Under the pieces are notes generated by a model that made no database searches, was not told the DNA's origin, and saw only the letters and a list, made by a program, of their open reading frames with translations. From Bacteroidaceae bacterium (GTDB taxonomy: Bacteria; Bacteroidota; Bacteroidia; Bacteroidales; Bacteroidaceae), in NCBI GenBank assembly GCA_045631205.1, contig JAZQUI010000031.1, positions 7,606-71,605 of the forward strand: a stretch of 64,000 bases of DNA, in the 5' to 3' direction. Positions within the stretch are counted from its first letter, which is position 1. Each line of letters begins with the position of its first letter. Shown here one piece after another: positions 38,570 through 48,585 of this stretch. Position numbers and translations under genes: made by a program.

Positions 38570-39010
38570 ATGAAAAAGATTTTATTTGTATTGGCTGCGA
38601 TTTTTTCATTCGGAGTTTTGAACGTAAGTGCCGACAACGACAAAATTATTACAAAAGAGATGTTGCCTGCTAACGCACAGAGTTTTATTAACACATACTT
38701 CGCTGGTTTTAAAATTTCCTACGCTAAACTTGAAAGAGATTTCCGTGAGCACTCTTATGAAGTGGTGTTCACCGATGGTGCAAAACTTGAATTCACACGC
38801 AAAGGTGAATGGAAGGATGTCGATTGCCGTTACAGCGAGGTACCCACGCTAATAGTACCCGATGCGATAAAAGAGTTTGTAAAGGCGCACTATCCCGATG
38901 CCAAGATTCTGAAGATTGAGCGCGATGCCAATGATTATGAAGTGAAACTATCTAATCGTTTGGAGCTTACTTTCAACAAAAGATTCCAGATAATTGATAT
39001 AGATAATTGA
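38570..39010 (+). CDS. PepSY-like (DUF2874-type) exported protein
   Basis: Signal peptide followed by two repeats of the pattern LP..A..FI...YP.A.I..IE.D...YEV.L... Confidence 0.7.
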   Translation: MKKILFVLAAIFSFGVLNVSADNDKIITKEMLPANAQSFINTYFAGFKISYAKLERDFREHSYEVVFTDGAKLEFTRKGEWKDVDCRYSEVPTLIVPDAIKEFVKAHYPDAKILKIERDANDYEVKLSNRLELTFNKRFQIIDIDN

Positions 39011-39045
39011 ATTAGGTTTGTGAATTTATCATAGTTTTTGAGTGT

Positions 39046-39078
39046 TTCCCCCGTGCTGTTTGGTGCGGGGGATTTTTC
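39046..39078 (+). terminator. intrinsic terminator after the PepSY-like gene
   Basis: Stem tcccccg / cggggga followed by ttttt. Confidence 0.7.
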
Positions 39079-39143
39079 TTCTGCTTTTTGCCGTAGAGTA
39101 CTAAAATTTGCATAATTTATTTTGTATTGCACTTGCTTTGCGT

Positions 39144-39151
39144 TAACTTTG
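39144..39151 (+). promoter_or_regulatory. -7 box TAACTTTG upstream of metF
   Basis: Exact TAnnTTTG match, 63 nt before the ATG at 39214. Confidence 0.35.
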
Positions 39152-39213
39152 TATCTTACACGGTGTGTAGGCTTTTGTGCCATACAGGCAGTTGTTTTAA
39201 CCGATTTTGATAT

Positions 39214-40161
39214 ATGAGAGTAATAGACAGTATAAATTCCAGCGACAAAACAGCCTTCTCTTTTGAAGTGTTGCCACCTGTAAAAGGTACGGGCAAGGAA
39301 AAGCTCTTTGGAGACATTGAGAAGTTGATGGAATTCGACCCTAAATATATAAACATTACCACACATCACAGCGAGCCCATATACGTTGACGTGGGTAACG
39401 GAATGTTCCGTCGTGGCTCAATACGCCGTCGTCCCGGTACGGTGGCGGTGGCAACGGCTATAAACCATCGTTTCGGGGTGCCAGTGGTGCCTCACATCCT
39501 TTGCAATGGCTATTCATTGGAGGAGACTGAATATGTGCTTATAGACCTGCAATTATCGGGCATAACCGATATTCTTGTGTTGCGTGGTGACAAGTGTAAA
39601 GGTGAGAGTGCGACACAATGTAATTCGCACAAGCACGCAATAGACCTTTTGCGTCAGGTGAACCGTTTCAACGAAGGTTATTTCATTGATGGAACACCTA
39701 TGAAGGAGCGCGGCGAGTGTTTCTCTTGCGGCGTTGCCTGCTATCCCGAAAAACACGAGGAGGCTCCCAATATGGAAAGCGACCTAATGGTGCTTAAACA
39801 AAAAGCCGACGAGGGTGCAGAGTACGCGGTTACACAGATGTTCTTCGACAACAAAAAGTTCTTTGAATTTGTTGAGCGAGCTCGTGCGATGGGTATCACA
39901 ATTCCCATTATCCCAGGTATAAAACCAATGCACCGTCTTTCGCAGTTGAATGTCCTTCCCAAGACATTCCGTGTCGATTTGCCCGAGGAACTTGTAGCTG
40001 CCATGTTGCAGTGCAAGGATGATGCCGCTGCTGCGCAAGTGGGGCGTGAATGGGCTGTGGCGCAGTGCCGTGAGCTTATGGCAAAAGGTGTGCCGAGTAT
40101 TCATTTTTACACCATAAACGCGGTGGAAAGCGTTTGTGAGATTGCAAAAACTATTTATTGA
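39214..40161 (+). CDS. metF: methylenetetrahydrofolate reductase
   Basis: Shows FSFEVLPP, ITTHH, TDILVLRGD and YAVTQMFFD. Confidence 0.9.
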   Translation: MRVIDSINSSDKTAFSFEVLPPVKGTGKEKLFGDIEKLMEFDPKYINITTHHSEPIYVDVGNGMFRRGSIRRRPGTVAVATAINHRFGVPVVPHILCNGYSLEETEYVLIDLQLSGITDILVLRGDKCKGESATQCNSHKHAIDLLRQVNRFNEGYFIDGTPMKERGECFSCGVACYPEKHEEAPNMESDLMVLKQKADEGAEYAVTQMFFDNKKFFEFVERARAMGITIPIIPGIKPMHRLSQLNVLPKTFRVDLPEELVAAMLQCKDDAAAAQVGREWAVAQCRELMAKGVPSIHFYTINAVESVCEIAKTIY

Positions 40162-41303
40162 TGGCGTTTTCTTTCGGTGACATAATAGGGCAGGAGAAGG
40201 TGACAGAGTTGTTGCGCCGTTCGGTCGATGAAAACCGTTTGGCTCACGCTTTACTCTTGACCGGTCCTCGTGGTAACGGCAAACTTGCAATAGCCGTTGC
40301 ACTCGCACGTTATCTTCTCTGTGGCAACAAACACGGCGGTGAGGCTTGCGGCTTGTGTCCCACTTGTATAAAAGTTGACAAACTCATACACAGTGATTTG
40401 CACTTTGTGTTCCCTGTTAAAAAGAAGAAAAGCAGTGGTTCCGACTCGGCGCCTATAAGTGACGATTACATTGCCGAATGGCGCGAATTGCTTATAAAGA
40501 ATCCATATTTCAGCTATGATGCCTGGTTGCAGAAACTCGATGTTGAAAATCAGCAACCAATGATTTATGAGCGCGAAAGTGCAGAGATTTTACATAAACT
40601 CTCCATGCACGCACGCGAGGGTGGCTGGAAAGTGGTAATAATATGGCTGCCCGAAAAAATGAAGGAGGCAGGCTCCAATAAATTGTTGAAGATTATTGAG
40701 GAACCGCCTGCCGACACACTGTTTATTCTTGTTTCGGAGGAGCCCGACCTGATAATACCTACAATATTGAGCCGTACCCAGCGTGTCGATGTTCCTCGTA
40801 TTGTGCAAGAGGATATGCAGCATGCGCTCATTGCCCGCTACGGCCTTACACCCGAAGATGCGGCGCGTATAGCACAGCAGTGTGGCGGTAGTGTGGAGAA
40901 AGCCGAAGAGCTGTTGTCGCTCGACGAAGAGAAAACTCTTTATCTGGAACTTTTTGCGCAGATGATGCGTGCTGCGTATGCCCGTAACATACAGGAGATG
41001 AAGGGGTGGAGCGAGCGTGTGGCTGCTATGGGCCGCGAGCGTCAGAAACGCTTGCTGGAGTATTGCCAGCGTATGATACGCGAGAATTTTATTATGAACT
41101 TCAAACGCGACGAGATGGTTTTCCTCTCGGCCGACGAGCGTAACTTCTCGGTGCGTTTTTCACCCTTTGTGAACGAACGCAATATATTCGGCATTATGGA
41201 GGAACTTTCCGAGGCGCAACGACATATAGAACAGAATGTAAATGCAAAAATGGTCTTCTTCGACACCGCGTTGAGAATGATTGTTTGGATAAAAAACCGT
41301 TAA
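40161..41303 (+). CDS. holB: DNA polymerase III delta-prime-like AAA+ clamp-loader subunit
   Basis: Shows HALLLTGPRGNGK, a Zn module (CGLCPTC) and KLLKIIEEPP. The ORF track starts at TTG 40158. The ATG at 40161 overlaps the metF stop (TGATG). Confidence 0.8.
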   Translation: MAFSFGDIIGQEKVTELLRRSVDENRLAHALLLTGPRGNGKLAIAVALARYLLCGNKHGGEACGLCPTCIKVDKLIHSDLHFVFPVKKKKSSGSDSAPISDDYIAEWRELLIKNPYFSYDAWLQKLDVENQQPMIYERESAEILHKLSMHAREGGWKVVIIWLPEKMKEAGSNKLLKIIEEPPADTLFILVSEEPDLIIPTILSRTQRVDVPRIVQEDMQHALIARYGLTPEDAARIAQQCGGSVEKAEELLSLDEEKTLYLELFAQMMRAAYARNIQEMKGWSERVAAMGRERQKRLLEYCQRMIRENFIMNFKRDEMVFLSADERNFSVRFSPFVNERNIFGIMEELSEAQRHIEQNVNAKMVFFDTALRMIVWIKNR

Positions 41304-42464
41304 ATGGATAAATTGAAATATAAAGAGAATAACCATTGTGCAGGTATCTGCTGCGAGGGTTGTGGCAAAATGGATGCTCCGCTCAACACCTTTGATTGGT
41401 TGGCCGGTGTGCCTGGAAACGAGGAATATACCGACATCGTTGAGGTGCAGTTCAAGAACACCCGCAAGGGGTATTACAAGAACAGCAACAACCTGCCGTT
41501 GCAGAAGGGTGATGTGGTGGCCGTGGAGGCTACTCCCGGTCACGATATAGGCACGGTTACTATGACCGGCCGTCTTGTTCTTCTGCAGCTTAAGAAAACA
41601 CGCCTTACTCCCGAGAGTGAGTTCAAACGCATATACCGCAAGGCAAAGCCTGTGGATATGGAAAAATATGAGGAGGCAAAGGCACGTGAGCACGATACAA
41701 TGATACGCTCTCGTCAGATTGCCAAGGACCTCAATCTCGATATGAAGATTGGTGATGTGGAGTACCAAGGCGATGGACAGAAGGCTATCTTCTACTATAT
41801 TGCCGATAATCGTGTCGATTTCCGCCAACTCATCAAGGTGCTTGCCGATACATTCAAGATAAAGATTGAGATGAAGCAGATTGGTGCGCGCCAGGAGGCC
41901 GGTCGCATAGGTGGCATAGGCCCTTGCGGTCGTGAACTTTGTTGTGCTACATTTACCACAAACTTTATTTCTGTATCAACTTCGGCAGCCCGTTTCCAGG
42001 ATATTTCGCTTAACCCGCAGAAGCTGGCTGGTCAGTGTGCAAAACTCAAATGTTGTCTTAACTATGAGGTAGATGCCTATGTTGAGGCTTCACGTGCATT
42101 CCCTTCGCGCGACATAGAGCTTGAAACTGCCGATGGTACATATTATTTCTTCAAGGCCGACATTTTGCGCGGAGAGGTAACATACTCTACCGACAAGCAT
42201 ATTCCCGCCAACCTTGTTACCATAACAGCACGCAGAGCGCACACGGTAATCGAGATGAACAAGCGCGGTGAGCGCCCCGCAACTCTCGATGCTTCGGGTG
42301 CAAACGAGCCTAAGCGTCCTGTGGATTTGTTGGAGCAGGAGAATATTAACCGTTTCGACAATGCAGGCAAGAACAAGAAACGCAAGAAAGGGCACGGCGG
42401 CAAGCGTCACGGTAATGAAAATCGCGGCAATGGCAAAGGCGAGAAATCTCAAAAAAGCGAGTAA
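41304..42464 (+). CDS. PSP1 domain protein (YaaT/RicT-like)
   Basis: The PSP1 C-terminal block is present (IFYYIADNRVDFRQLIKVLADTFKIKIEMKQIGARQEA...GPCGRELCC). The tail is lysine/glycine-rich. Confidence 0.85.
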   Translation: MDKLKYKENNHCAGICCEGCGKMDAPLNTFDWLAGVPGNEEYTDIVEVQFKNTRKGYYKNSNNLPLQKGDVVAVEATPGHDIGTVTMTGRLVLLQLKKTRLTPESEFKRIYRKAKPVDMEKYEEAKAREHDTMIRSRQIAKDLNLDMKIGDVEYQGDGQKAIFYYIADNRVDFRQLIKVLADTFKIKIEMKQIGARQEAGRIGGIGPCGRELCCATFTTNFISVSTSAARFQDISLNPQKLAGQCAKLKCCLNYEVDAYVEASRAFPSRDIELETADGTYYFFKADILRGEVTYSTDKHIPANLVTITARRAHTVIEMNKRGERPATLDASGANEPKRPVDLLEQENINRFDNAGKNKKRKKGHGGKRHGNENRGNGKGEKSQKSE

Positions 42465-42933
42465 TCACTTTTGGCTTTTTGCGCTTTTGCTTGCAATGGC
42501 TGTTGGCGGTTGCTCTCTCTCACACGACTATCGTTCTACAGGCGGTGTGTGGCATAAAAGTGATACGCTTTTCTTCGGTCATCACATAGAGACCGAAGTG
42601 GATAACCCTGTTGATATTTTCGCCGGCATACGTTATAGCGCAGCTTATCCCTACAAAGATTTGTGGCTTCAAATAGATGTTGTTGCCGGCGACAGCCTTG
42701 TTTCGCGCGACAGCATTTGCTGTGATATATACGATGAGAATGGCCGTAGGAACGGCACAACGGCCGGAATCCTTTATCAGGAGGAGTACTTTGTATCGTC
42801 AAAGGATATTCCTTCCTACCAACCATTTGATATACGTATTACCCACCTGATGGGCGATACTCTGTTGCAAGGGATTTACGATGTGGGTATCAGGCTCGTG
42901 CCTCGCGGTCGGCATCTACCCTCAGAAAGGTAA
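42430..42933 (+). CDS. gldH: gliding motility lipoprotein GldH-like
   Basis: Has a lipobox (AMAVGGC) and GldH-like blocks (YPYKDLWL, LQGIYDVGIRL). The start is uncertain: 42415 and 42430 both overlap the PSP1 3' end, while the ORF-track start at 42268 is not credible. Confidence 0.7.
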   Translation: MAKARNLKKASNHFWLFALLLAMAVGGCSLSHDYRSTGGVWHKSDTLFFGHHIETEVDNPVDIFAGIRYSAAYPYKDLWLQIDVVAGDSLVSRDSICCDIYDENGRRNGTTAGILYQEEYFVSSKDIPSYQPFDIRITHLMGDTLLQGIYDVGIRLVPRGRHLPSER

Positions 42934-44356
42934 AAAGCAGAATCGAGAAGCCAAGGAACGAAGAGCCACCGTAGCTGAAGAAAGGCAATGGTATGCCTAT
43001 CACGGGCATAATACCGAGAACCATTCCCACATTTATGGTAAAATGAAAGAAGAATATTGAGGCCAGGGCATATCCATATACCCTGCCGAAGATGTTGTTC
43101 TGCCGTTCGGCAAGCGTCATGAGGCGCAGAATGAAGAGCGCAAAAACAGTGAGCACTGCGCAGGAACCAAGGAAACCCTGCTCTTCGCCTATGGTGCAGA
43201 AGATAAAGTCTGTGTCCTGTTCGGGAACATATTTTAGTTTTGTCTGTGTTCCGTTCAAGAAACCTTTTCCCGCAAATCCCCCCGAGCCTATGGCTATCTT
43301 TGATTGGTGTACATTGTAGCCTGCACCTGCAAGGTCCTCCTTCAATCCCAGCAGAACCTCTATACGCACTCTCTGGTGCGGTTTCAGCACGTTGTGCATA
43401 ACGTAGTCGCATGAACCGAAGAATGCGATAGCACCTATTATGTATGCCGCAATCCATATGTTGCGGCTCTCTTTTTTCAGTCGTGCACGCACGAGCAGGA
43501 ATACTACATTAAATGCAAGCAGCAGATATTGCACCACCATTATGTTGAATGCTATGATATATATGGCGGTGAGATAAGTTAGAAGGCTTACACCGGCATT
43601 TACCAAAAAGAGTATGAAGAATGTCTCTCTGTGCTTACACCAAAACCTTATCATAGCGAGTGAGAAGGCTTGTATGAGAAGTGTTACGGCATATGGGCCT
43701 ATGATTATTGGCAAGTTTTCCGATGCGATGTCGCTATATCGTATGCCCACAACAAAATATACTACGGCGCTGATTGCCATAAGAAGTACAATGCCGGTCA
43801 TTCCTTCGCGATAGAGTACGAGGAAGAAAGAGAGATATACAAGTGCGCTACCGGTCTCTTTCTGTGCCACAATAATAAGCATTGGCAACAATATTATGGC
43901 TATGCACTTTATGAATTGGCTGTTGTCGCTTATCTTGAATCCGTATCGCCCCATAAAAGCTGCGAGGGTGAGTGTTGTGGCGAATTTCATAAACTCGGCT
44001 GGTTGCAAGCTGAAAGGGCCTAATGGCAGCCAGGAGCGTGAACCTTTAATGTCGCGTGCTACAAATATGGTGATAATGCCAAGCAGCATTGTTGCTGCAT
44101 AGATGATGGGCGCAAAGTCTTTGTAACTGTTCTTCTCTATGCATAGCAGCACGGTGCCGACAAGTAACGATACTCCCATCCACATAGCTTGCTTTCCTGT
44201 TCTCTCACTCATAGAGAAAAAGTCGAGGAAATCGCTTTCTATGTAGCTGTAGCTTGCTCCGCATATACTCAACCAACCCATTGTTGCCAGTATGGCGAAG
44301 AGGGCCACCAGAGGCCAGTCGATGCGGCTGAATATGTTACCTTTCGTCCGTTCCAT
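42890..44356 (-). CDS. rodA: rod shape-determining protein RodA (SEDS family)
   Basis: A polytopic FtsW/RodA/SpoVE pattern (PEQDTDFIFCTIGEEQGF, GIPLPFFSYGGSS). It follows mrdA with a 20-nt overlap. Confidence 0.9.
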   Translation of the reverse strand: MERTKGNIFSRIDWPLVALFAILATMGWLSICGASYSYIESDFLDFFSMSERTGKQAMWMGVSLLVGTVLLCIEKNSYKDFAPIIYAATMLLGIITIFVARDIKGSRSWLPLGPFSLQPAEFMKFATTLTLAAFMGRYGFKISDNSQFIKCIAIILLPMLIIVAQKETGSALVYLSFFLVLYREGMTGIVLLMAISAVVYFVVGIRYSDIASENLPIIIGPYAVTLLIQAFSLAMIRFWCKHRETFFILFLVNAGVSLLTYLTAIYIIAFNIMVVQYLLLAFNVVFLLVRARLKKESRNIWIAAYIIGAIAFFGSCDYVMHNVLKPHQRVRIEVLLGLKEDLAGAGYNVHQSKIAIGSGGFAGKGFLNGTQTKLKYVPEQDTDFIFCTIGEEQGFLGSCAVLTVFALFILRLMTLAERQNNIFGRVYGYALASIFFFHFTINVGMVLGIMPVIGIPLPFFSYGGSSFLGFSILLFTFLRVDADREARA

Positions 44357-46181
44357 AGTAGATTACTTTCTCTTCAATAGCCTTTGCTTTTTCTTTGCTT
44401 GTTTCGCTTAACTCTCCGTTGAGGTACTGCTCCATAATGAGAGCACCGATGGGTACTCCGTATGTAGCACCAAATCCGCCATTTTCAACATACACGGCAA
44501 TTGCGATTTTGGGGTTGTTCATTGGCGCGAAGCCCATAAATGCCGAGTGGTCCTTGCCACGGTTCTGTGCTGTACCTGTTTTGCCGCAAACCTCCCATCC
44601 GGGAATGTCGGCTGCGCGACACGTTCCATTCAGCACTGCCTCGCGCATACCTTTTACCACCTCCTCGTAGGCCTTTCTCTCGGCGAGGCTCTTTTTGCTT
44701 GTGCGGTATATGCTGTTGATGGTGTCGTTTTCTATTTTGCTGACAAGGTGCGGTGCGATGTACTCGCCACGGTTTGCAATAGTTGCTCCCAGGTTGGCTA
44801 TCTGCAAAGGTGTGAGCGTTACCTCACCCTGTCCGATAGATATACTTACAACGGTGGTCGCCTTCCAGTGTTTGCCGTAATGGCGGTTATAGTAGTTTGC
44901 ATTGGGTATCATACCGCGTACTTCACCAGGGAGGTCAATACCCAGTTTGTAGCCGAAGCCCATAGATACCATATAGTCGCGCCACTTGTCCATAGCCTCT
45001 TGTGTGCTGCCATATTTGTCGGCTGCAAACATACGGTGCAATCCCCAACAGAAGTATGCGTTGCACGATGTTGCTATTGCCGGAACAAGCGGTATTGGCG
45101 AAGAGTGCGGGTGGCAACCGAGTTTGAAGTTCTTTATTCTGAATCCTCCATGGCAGGGGAAGCTTGTCTGCGGGGTTATTATGCCCTCTTGCAGAAATGT
45201 GAGCGCCTGTGATATCTTGAATGTTGAGCCGGGAGGGTATGTTCCCATTATCGCACGGTTCAAGAGTGGCTTGCGTTTGTCCTTCGAGAGTTTCTTGTGG
45301 TTCTCTCCACGTGCACGGCCGGTAAGAAGGCGAGGGTCGTATGATGGTGCCGACACCATACATAATATCTCGCCGGTAGCCGGTTCTATGGCTACAATGC
45401 TGCCTATCTTGTTTTTCATCAGACGTTCGCCCAATCGTTGCAGTTCAATGTCGAGTCCAAGTGTAAGGTCTTTTCCGCGTATGGGCAAGGTGTCGAGTGC
45501 TCCATCGCGGTATTTGCCCTGTATGCGTCCACGAGCATCACGCAGGAGAGTCTCTGTGCCCTTCTCGCCTCGCAACACCTCTTCATACGAAGCTTCGAGT
45601 CCTTGTGTTCCAATATAGTCGCCTCGGCTGTAATAAGGGTCTTTGTCTATCTTCTTTTGCGAAACCTCGCCGATGTCGCCGAACAGTACTCCTCCTACAT
45701 CGTAGGTATATTGGCGTATGGAGCGTTTGCGTACATAGAAGCCCGGAAAACGAAATATCTTTTCCTGAAATTGTGCAAACTCCTCGGCCGGGAGCTGTGT
45801 GATGAATACCTGTTCGGTGTATGATGAGTAGCCAGGGTTGTAACGGCTGTTACGCACTCTCTCCATACGTGTTTCAAACTCTTCACGGGTTATATTGAGT
45901 GCATTGCACAGCTCAAGTGTATCAATGTTTTTAGCTTCGCGCGGTACAAAGGTTATGTCGTAAGCAGGGCGGTTATATACGAGCAGTTTGCCGTTGCGGT
46001 CGTACATATGTCCGCGGGCGGGATAGATGGTCTTTTTGTAGAAAGCGTTACTGTCGGCTTTCGACTTGTACTGGTCGCTTACAATTTGCAGGTTGAAGAG
46101 TTGTATGATATATGTGGTAAGTACCAGTAATACCGTTCCTGCAAGAATATATTTACGTTTGTCGTATTGGTGTATATTCAT
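44337..46181 (-). CDS. mrdA: penicillin-binding protein 2
   Basis: Transpeptidase motifs are present (GSTFK, SCN, KTGTAQ) with an N-terminal TM helix. Confidence 0.9.
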   Translation of the reverse strand: MNIHQYDKRKYILAGTVLLVLTTYIIQLFNLQIVSDQYKSKADSNAFYKKTIYPARGHMYDRNGKLLVYNRPAYDITFVPREAKNIDTLELCNALNITREEFETRMERVRNSRYNPGYSSYTEQVFITQLPAEEFAQFQEKIFRFPGFYVRKRSIRQYTYDVGGVLFGDIGEVSQKKIDKDPYYSRGDYIGTQGLEASYEEVLRGEKGTETLLRDARGRIQGKYRDGALDTLPIRGKDLTLGLDIELQRLGERLMKNKIGSIVAIEPATGEILCMVSAPSYDPRLLTGRARGENHKKLSKDKRKPLLNRAIMGTYPPGSTFKISQALTFLQEGIITPQTSFPCHGGFRIKNFKLGCHPHSSPIPLVPAIATSCNAYFCWGLHRMFAADKYGSTQEAMDKWRDYMVSMGFGYKLGIDLPGEVRGMIPNANYYNRHYGKHWKATTVVSISIGQGEVTLTPLQIANLGATIANRGEYIAPHLVSKIENDTINSIYRTSKKSLAERKAYEEVVKGMREAVLNGTCRAADIPGWEVCGKTGTAQNRGKDHSAFMGFAPMNNPKIAIAVYVENGGFGATYGVPIGALIMEQYLNGELSETSKEKAKAIEEKVIYYGTDER

Positions 46182-46187
46182 AGTGTT

Positions 46188-46691
46188 CTATCTCTTGCGG
46201 GTGAAACATTCAATTACAAGAGTGAAGAACATTGTGAGCAGGGTGCTGCTCAATACGCTGACAAGCAGTGTTACGGGGTATTGTATTGTGAACAGTTCAA
46301 GCAGGTACAATACGCTGTAGAAGACAAGCAGGCAGAGAAGCGAGTATGTTGTGTAGCCGCTCCAGCCTATTGTGTGTATGCCGGGTACGAAGTCGTCGGC
46401 TGTGCCTTTTTGTGTGAATGCATCGAGTATATTGTGACGTACAAAAGCCATCGCTGTTGCAGCGCACGCATTTATGCCCGGTGTGTTTGCAAAAATATCA
46501 ACAGCAAGACCGAAGAGAAAACCCCATAAAAGATTTTCATTCTTCGAAGTGAAACGTGGCAGTTTCAGGAGAAATATGAGATATATGTGCGCGGTAGCAT
46601 AGCCGAACAGGTGTATGCGGCTGAATATCAGTGCCTGTATTAGCACTAATATCACAAAATTGCGTACGCGTATGAGTGTATCTCTTGTCAT
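46188..46691 (-). CDS. mreD: rod shape-determining protein MreD
   Basis: A 167-aa polytopic protein lying between mreC and mrdA. Confidence 0.8.
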   Translation of the reverse strand: MTRDTLIRVRNFVILVLIQALIFSRIHLFGYATAHIYLIFLLKLPRFTSKNENLLWGFLFGLAVDIFANTPGINACAATAMAFVRHNILDAFTQKGTADDFVPGIHTIGWSGYTTYSLLCLLVFYSVLYLLELFTIQYPVTLLVSVLSSTLLTMFFTLVIECFTRKR

Positions 46692-47533
46692 TTGTCGCTT
46701 GTGCTTTTCTTCTCCAGTTCTTTTTGTTCTTTCTGCCCTTTGTTGCCAACTATATATACCTTTGTGAGCGTTGAAAAATCGGTAAACAATTTAACTCTCG
46801 CGCTATAGAACATATCGTTGGCCGACTCCTCTTTCTCCTCAATGGTTCCAATGGGTAAATCTTTTGGAAATATAGATGAAAAACCGCTGGTTACAACGGT
46901 GTCGCCTTTCTCAAGCTTTGCATAGCGGGGCAGGTCTATGAGATAAGAGTACTGCACATCGCCGCTTTTCCATTGCAAGCTGCTGAAATTGTCATCGCCC
47001 TTTACACGGCAACTGATATTGCTTTTGCTGTTGAGCAAGGGTATTACAATTGAGAAGTTGGGCGAAGTTTCGTAAACAATACCCACTACACCGGCTTCGC
47101 AAAAGACACCCATACCGGGCGACAGCCCGTCGTCGGTGCCTTTGTCTAGGGTGATGTAGTTGTTTACCTTGTTGAGTGAGTTGTTTATAACGGTAGCCGT
47201 GTTGTAGTGGAGATCACTTTTGTTTTGTTTGCGCAGTTGTTCAATTGTGATACTGTCGCTTATTGTTGCAAGCTGTTCTTTCAGTTCGGCTACCTCTTGG
47301 TTTAGCTCGCAATTGTGTTGTAGCAGTTTCTCGTTCTCGCTTTTGAGGTTGAAGTAACTGCCAACATCGGTCATTGTGGCAAAAATGTTGCCTGCAACGC
47401 TGTTGGCCGATGTGAAAAGTGTTGCACTTTGGTAGTTGTTGAATTGTGCAATAAGCATAACACCGATTCCTTCCAGAACAAGGAAAAGGAACCAGTGGTT
47501 ATGCTTAATTATAAAGTTCAACAATGTTTGCAC
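46688..47533 (-). CDS. mreC: rod shape-determining protein MreC
   Basis: TM helix, coiled coil, then beta-rich domains (GVVGIVYETS, DTVVTSGFSSIFPKDLPIG). The first codon is GTG, and there is no ATG near the N-terminus. Confidence 0.85.
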   Translation of the reverse strand: MQTLLNFIIKHNHWFLFLVLEGIGVMLIAQFNNYQSATLFTSANSVAGNIFATMTDVGSYFNLKSENEKLLQHNCELNQEVAELKEQLATISDSITIEQLRKQNKSDLHYNTATVINNSLNKVNNYITLDKGTDDGLSPGMGVFCEAGVVGIVYETSPNFSIVIPLLNSKSNISCRVKGDDNFSSLQWKSGDVQYSYLIDLPRYAKLEKGDTVVTSGFSSIFPKDLPIGTIEEKEESANDMFYSARVKLFTDFSTLTKVYIVGNKGQKEQKELEKKSTSDK

Positions 47534-47545
47534 GGTGCTCTCGGA

Positions 47546-48562
47546 TTATCGCATCAAGAATGGATAGTTAAGGTCGTTGAGCGCAAGTGCTGTACCTTTG
47601 GCTACACAGTAGAGAGGGTTCTCGGCAATGTGGAAGGGGATGTTGATTTTGTTTTCCAAACGCTTGTCGAGACCGCGAAGCAATGCACCACCACCGGCAA
47701 GGTAGATACCATTGTGTACGATGTCGGCGTACAATTCGGGAGGTGTAGCTTCGAGGGCGCTTATGATAGCGTTCTCAATCTTCATAATAGACTTGTCGAT
47801 ACAGTGTGCAATCTCCTGGTAGCATACGGGAACCTCAATGGGCATAGCTGTGATGCGGTTGGGACCGTGTACTATATAGTCCTGGGGAGCCTCGTCGCCA
47901 AGGTCGGTGAGGGCAGAGCCTACGTGTATTTTGATACGCTCGGCCATACGCTCGCTGACACGTACGTTGTGCTGGCGGCTCATATACTCCTGAATGTCGG
48001 CTGTGAAGTCATCACCGGCAGTGCGCAATGAACCGTTTGAAACAATACCTCCAAGAGAGATTACTGCAATCTCGGTAGAACCACCACCTATATCCACCAC
48101 CATGTTACCCTCGGGTGCGAGTACATCGAGACCGATACCAAGAGCCGAAGCCATGGGCTCGTAAATGAGATATACGTCGCGTCCGCCGGCGTGCTCGGCT
48201 GAGTCGCGTACAGCACGGAGCTCAACCTCGGTTGAACCGTAGGGAACGCCGATAACCATACGGAGCGAGGGTGTGAACAATTTGCTGCCCATGTTTACTT
48301 TCTCTATGAGGCCGCGCATCATCATCTCGCAAGCGTAGAAGTCGGCGATGACTCCGTCGCGCAAGGGGCGAATGGTTTGTATGTTGGGGTTGGTCTTTTC
48401 GTGCATCTGCTTTGCACGTTCGCCGACGGCAATCATTTTCTTTTGGCCGTCTATGGCAACCACCGAGGGTTCGTCAACAACAATCTTTCCGTTGTAGGAG
48501 ATGATGGTGTTGGCAGTACCAAGGTCGATGGCTACATCTTGTGTGAATGAAAAAAGTCCCAT
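47546..48562 (-). CDS. mreB: rod shape-determining protein MreB
   Basis: Actin-fold motifs are present (DLGTANT, VVDIGGGSTE, IYLAGGGALLRGLD). Confidence 0.97.
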   Translation of the reverse strand: MGLFSFTQDVAIDLGTANTIISYNGKIVVDEPSVVAIDGQKKMIAVGERAKQMHEKTNPNIQTIRPLRDGVIADFYACEMMMRGLIEKVNMGSKLFTPSLRMVIGVPYGSTEVELRAVRDSAEHAGGRDVYLIYEPMASALGIGLDVLAPEGNMVVDIGGGSTEIAVISLGGIVSNGSLRTAGDDFTADIQEYMSRQHNVRVSERMAERIKIHVGSALTDLGDEAPQDYIVHGPNRITAMPIEVPVCYQEIAHCIDKSIMKIENAIISALEATPPELYADIVHNGIYLAGGGALLRGLDKRLENKINIPFHIAENPLYCVAKGTALALNDLNYPFLMR

Positions 48563-48585
48563 TCTGTTTCTGTTTTAAAAGTTTT

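Noticed and set aside
39152-39213. Checked the metF leader for a SAM riboswitch.
   Set aside because: The leader from the candidate -7 box to the ATG is only about 60 nt and has no SAM-I/II core elements.
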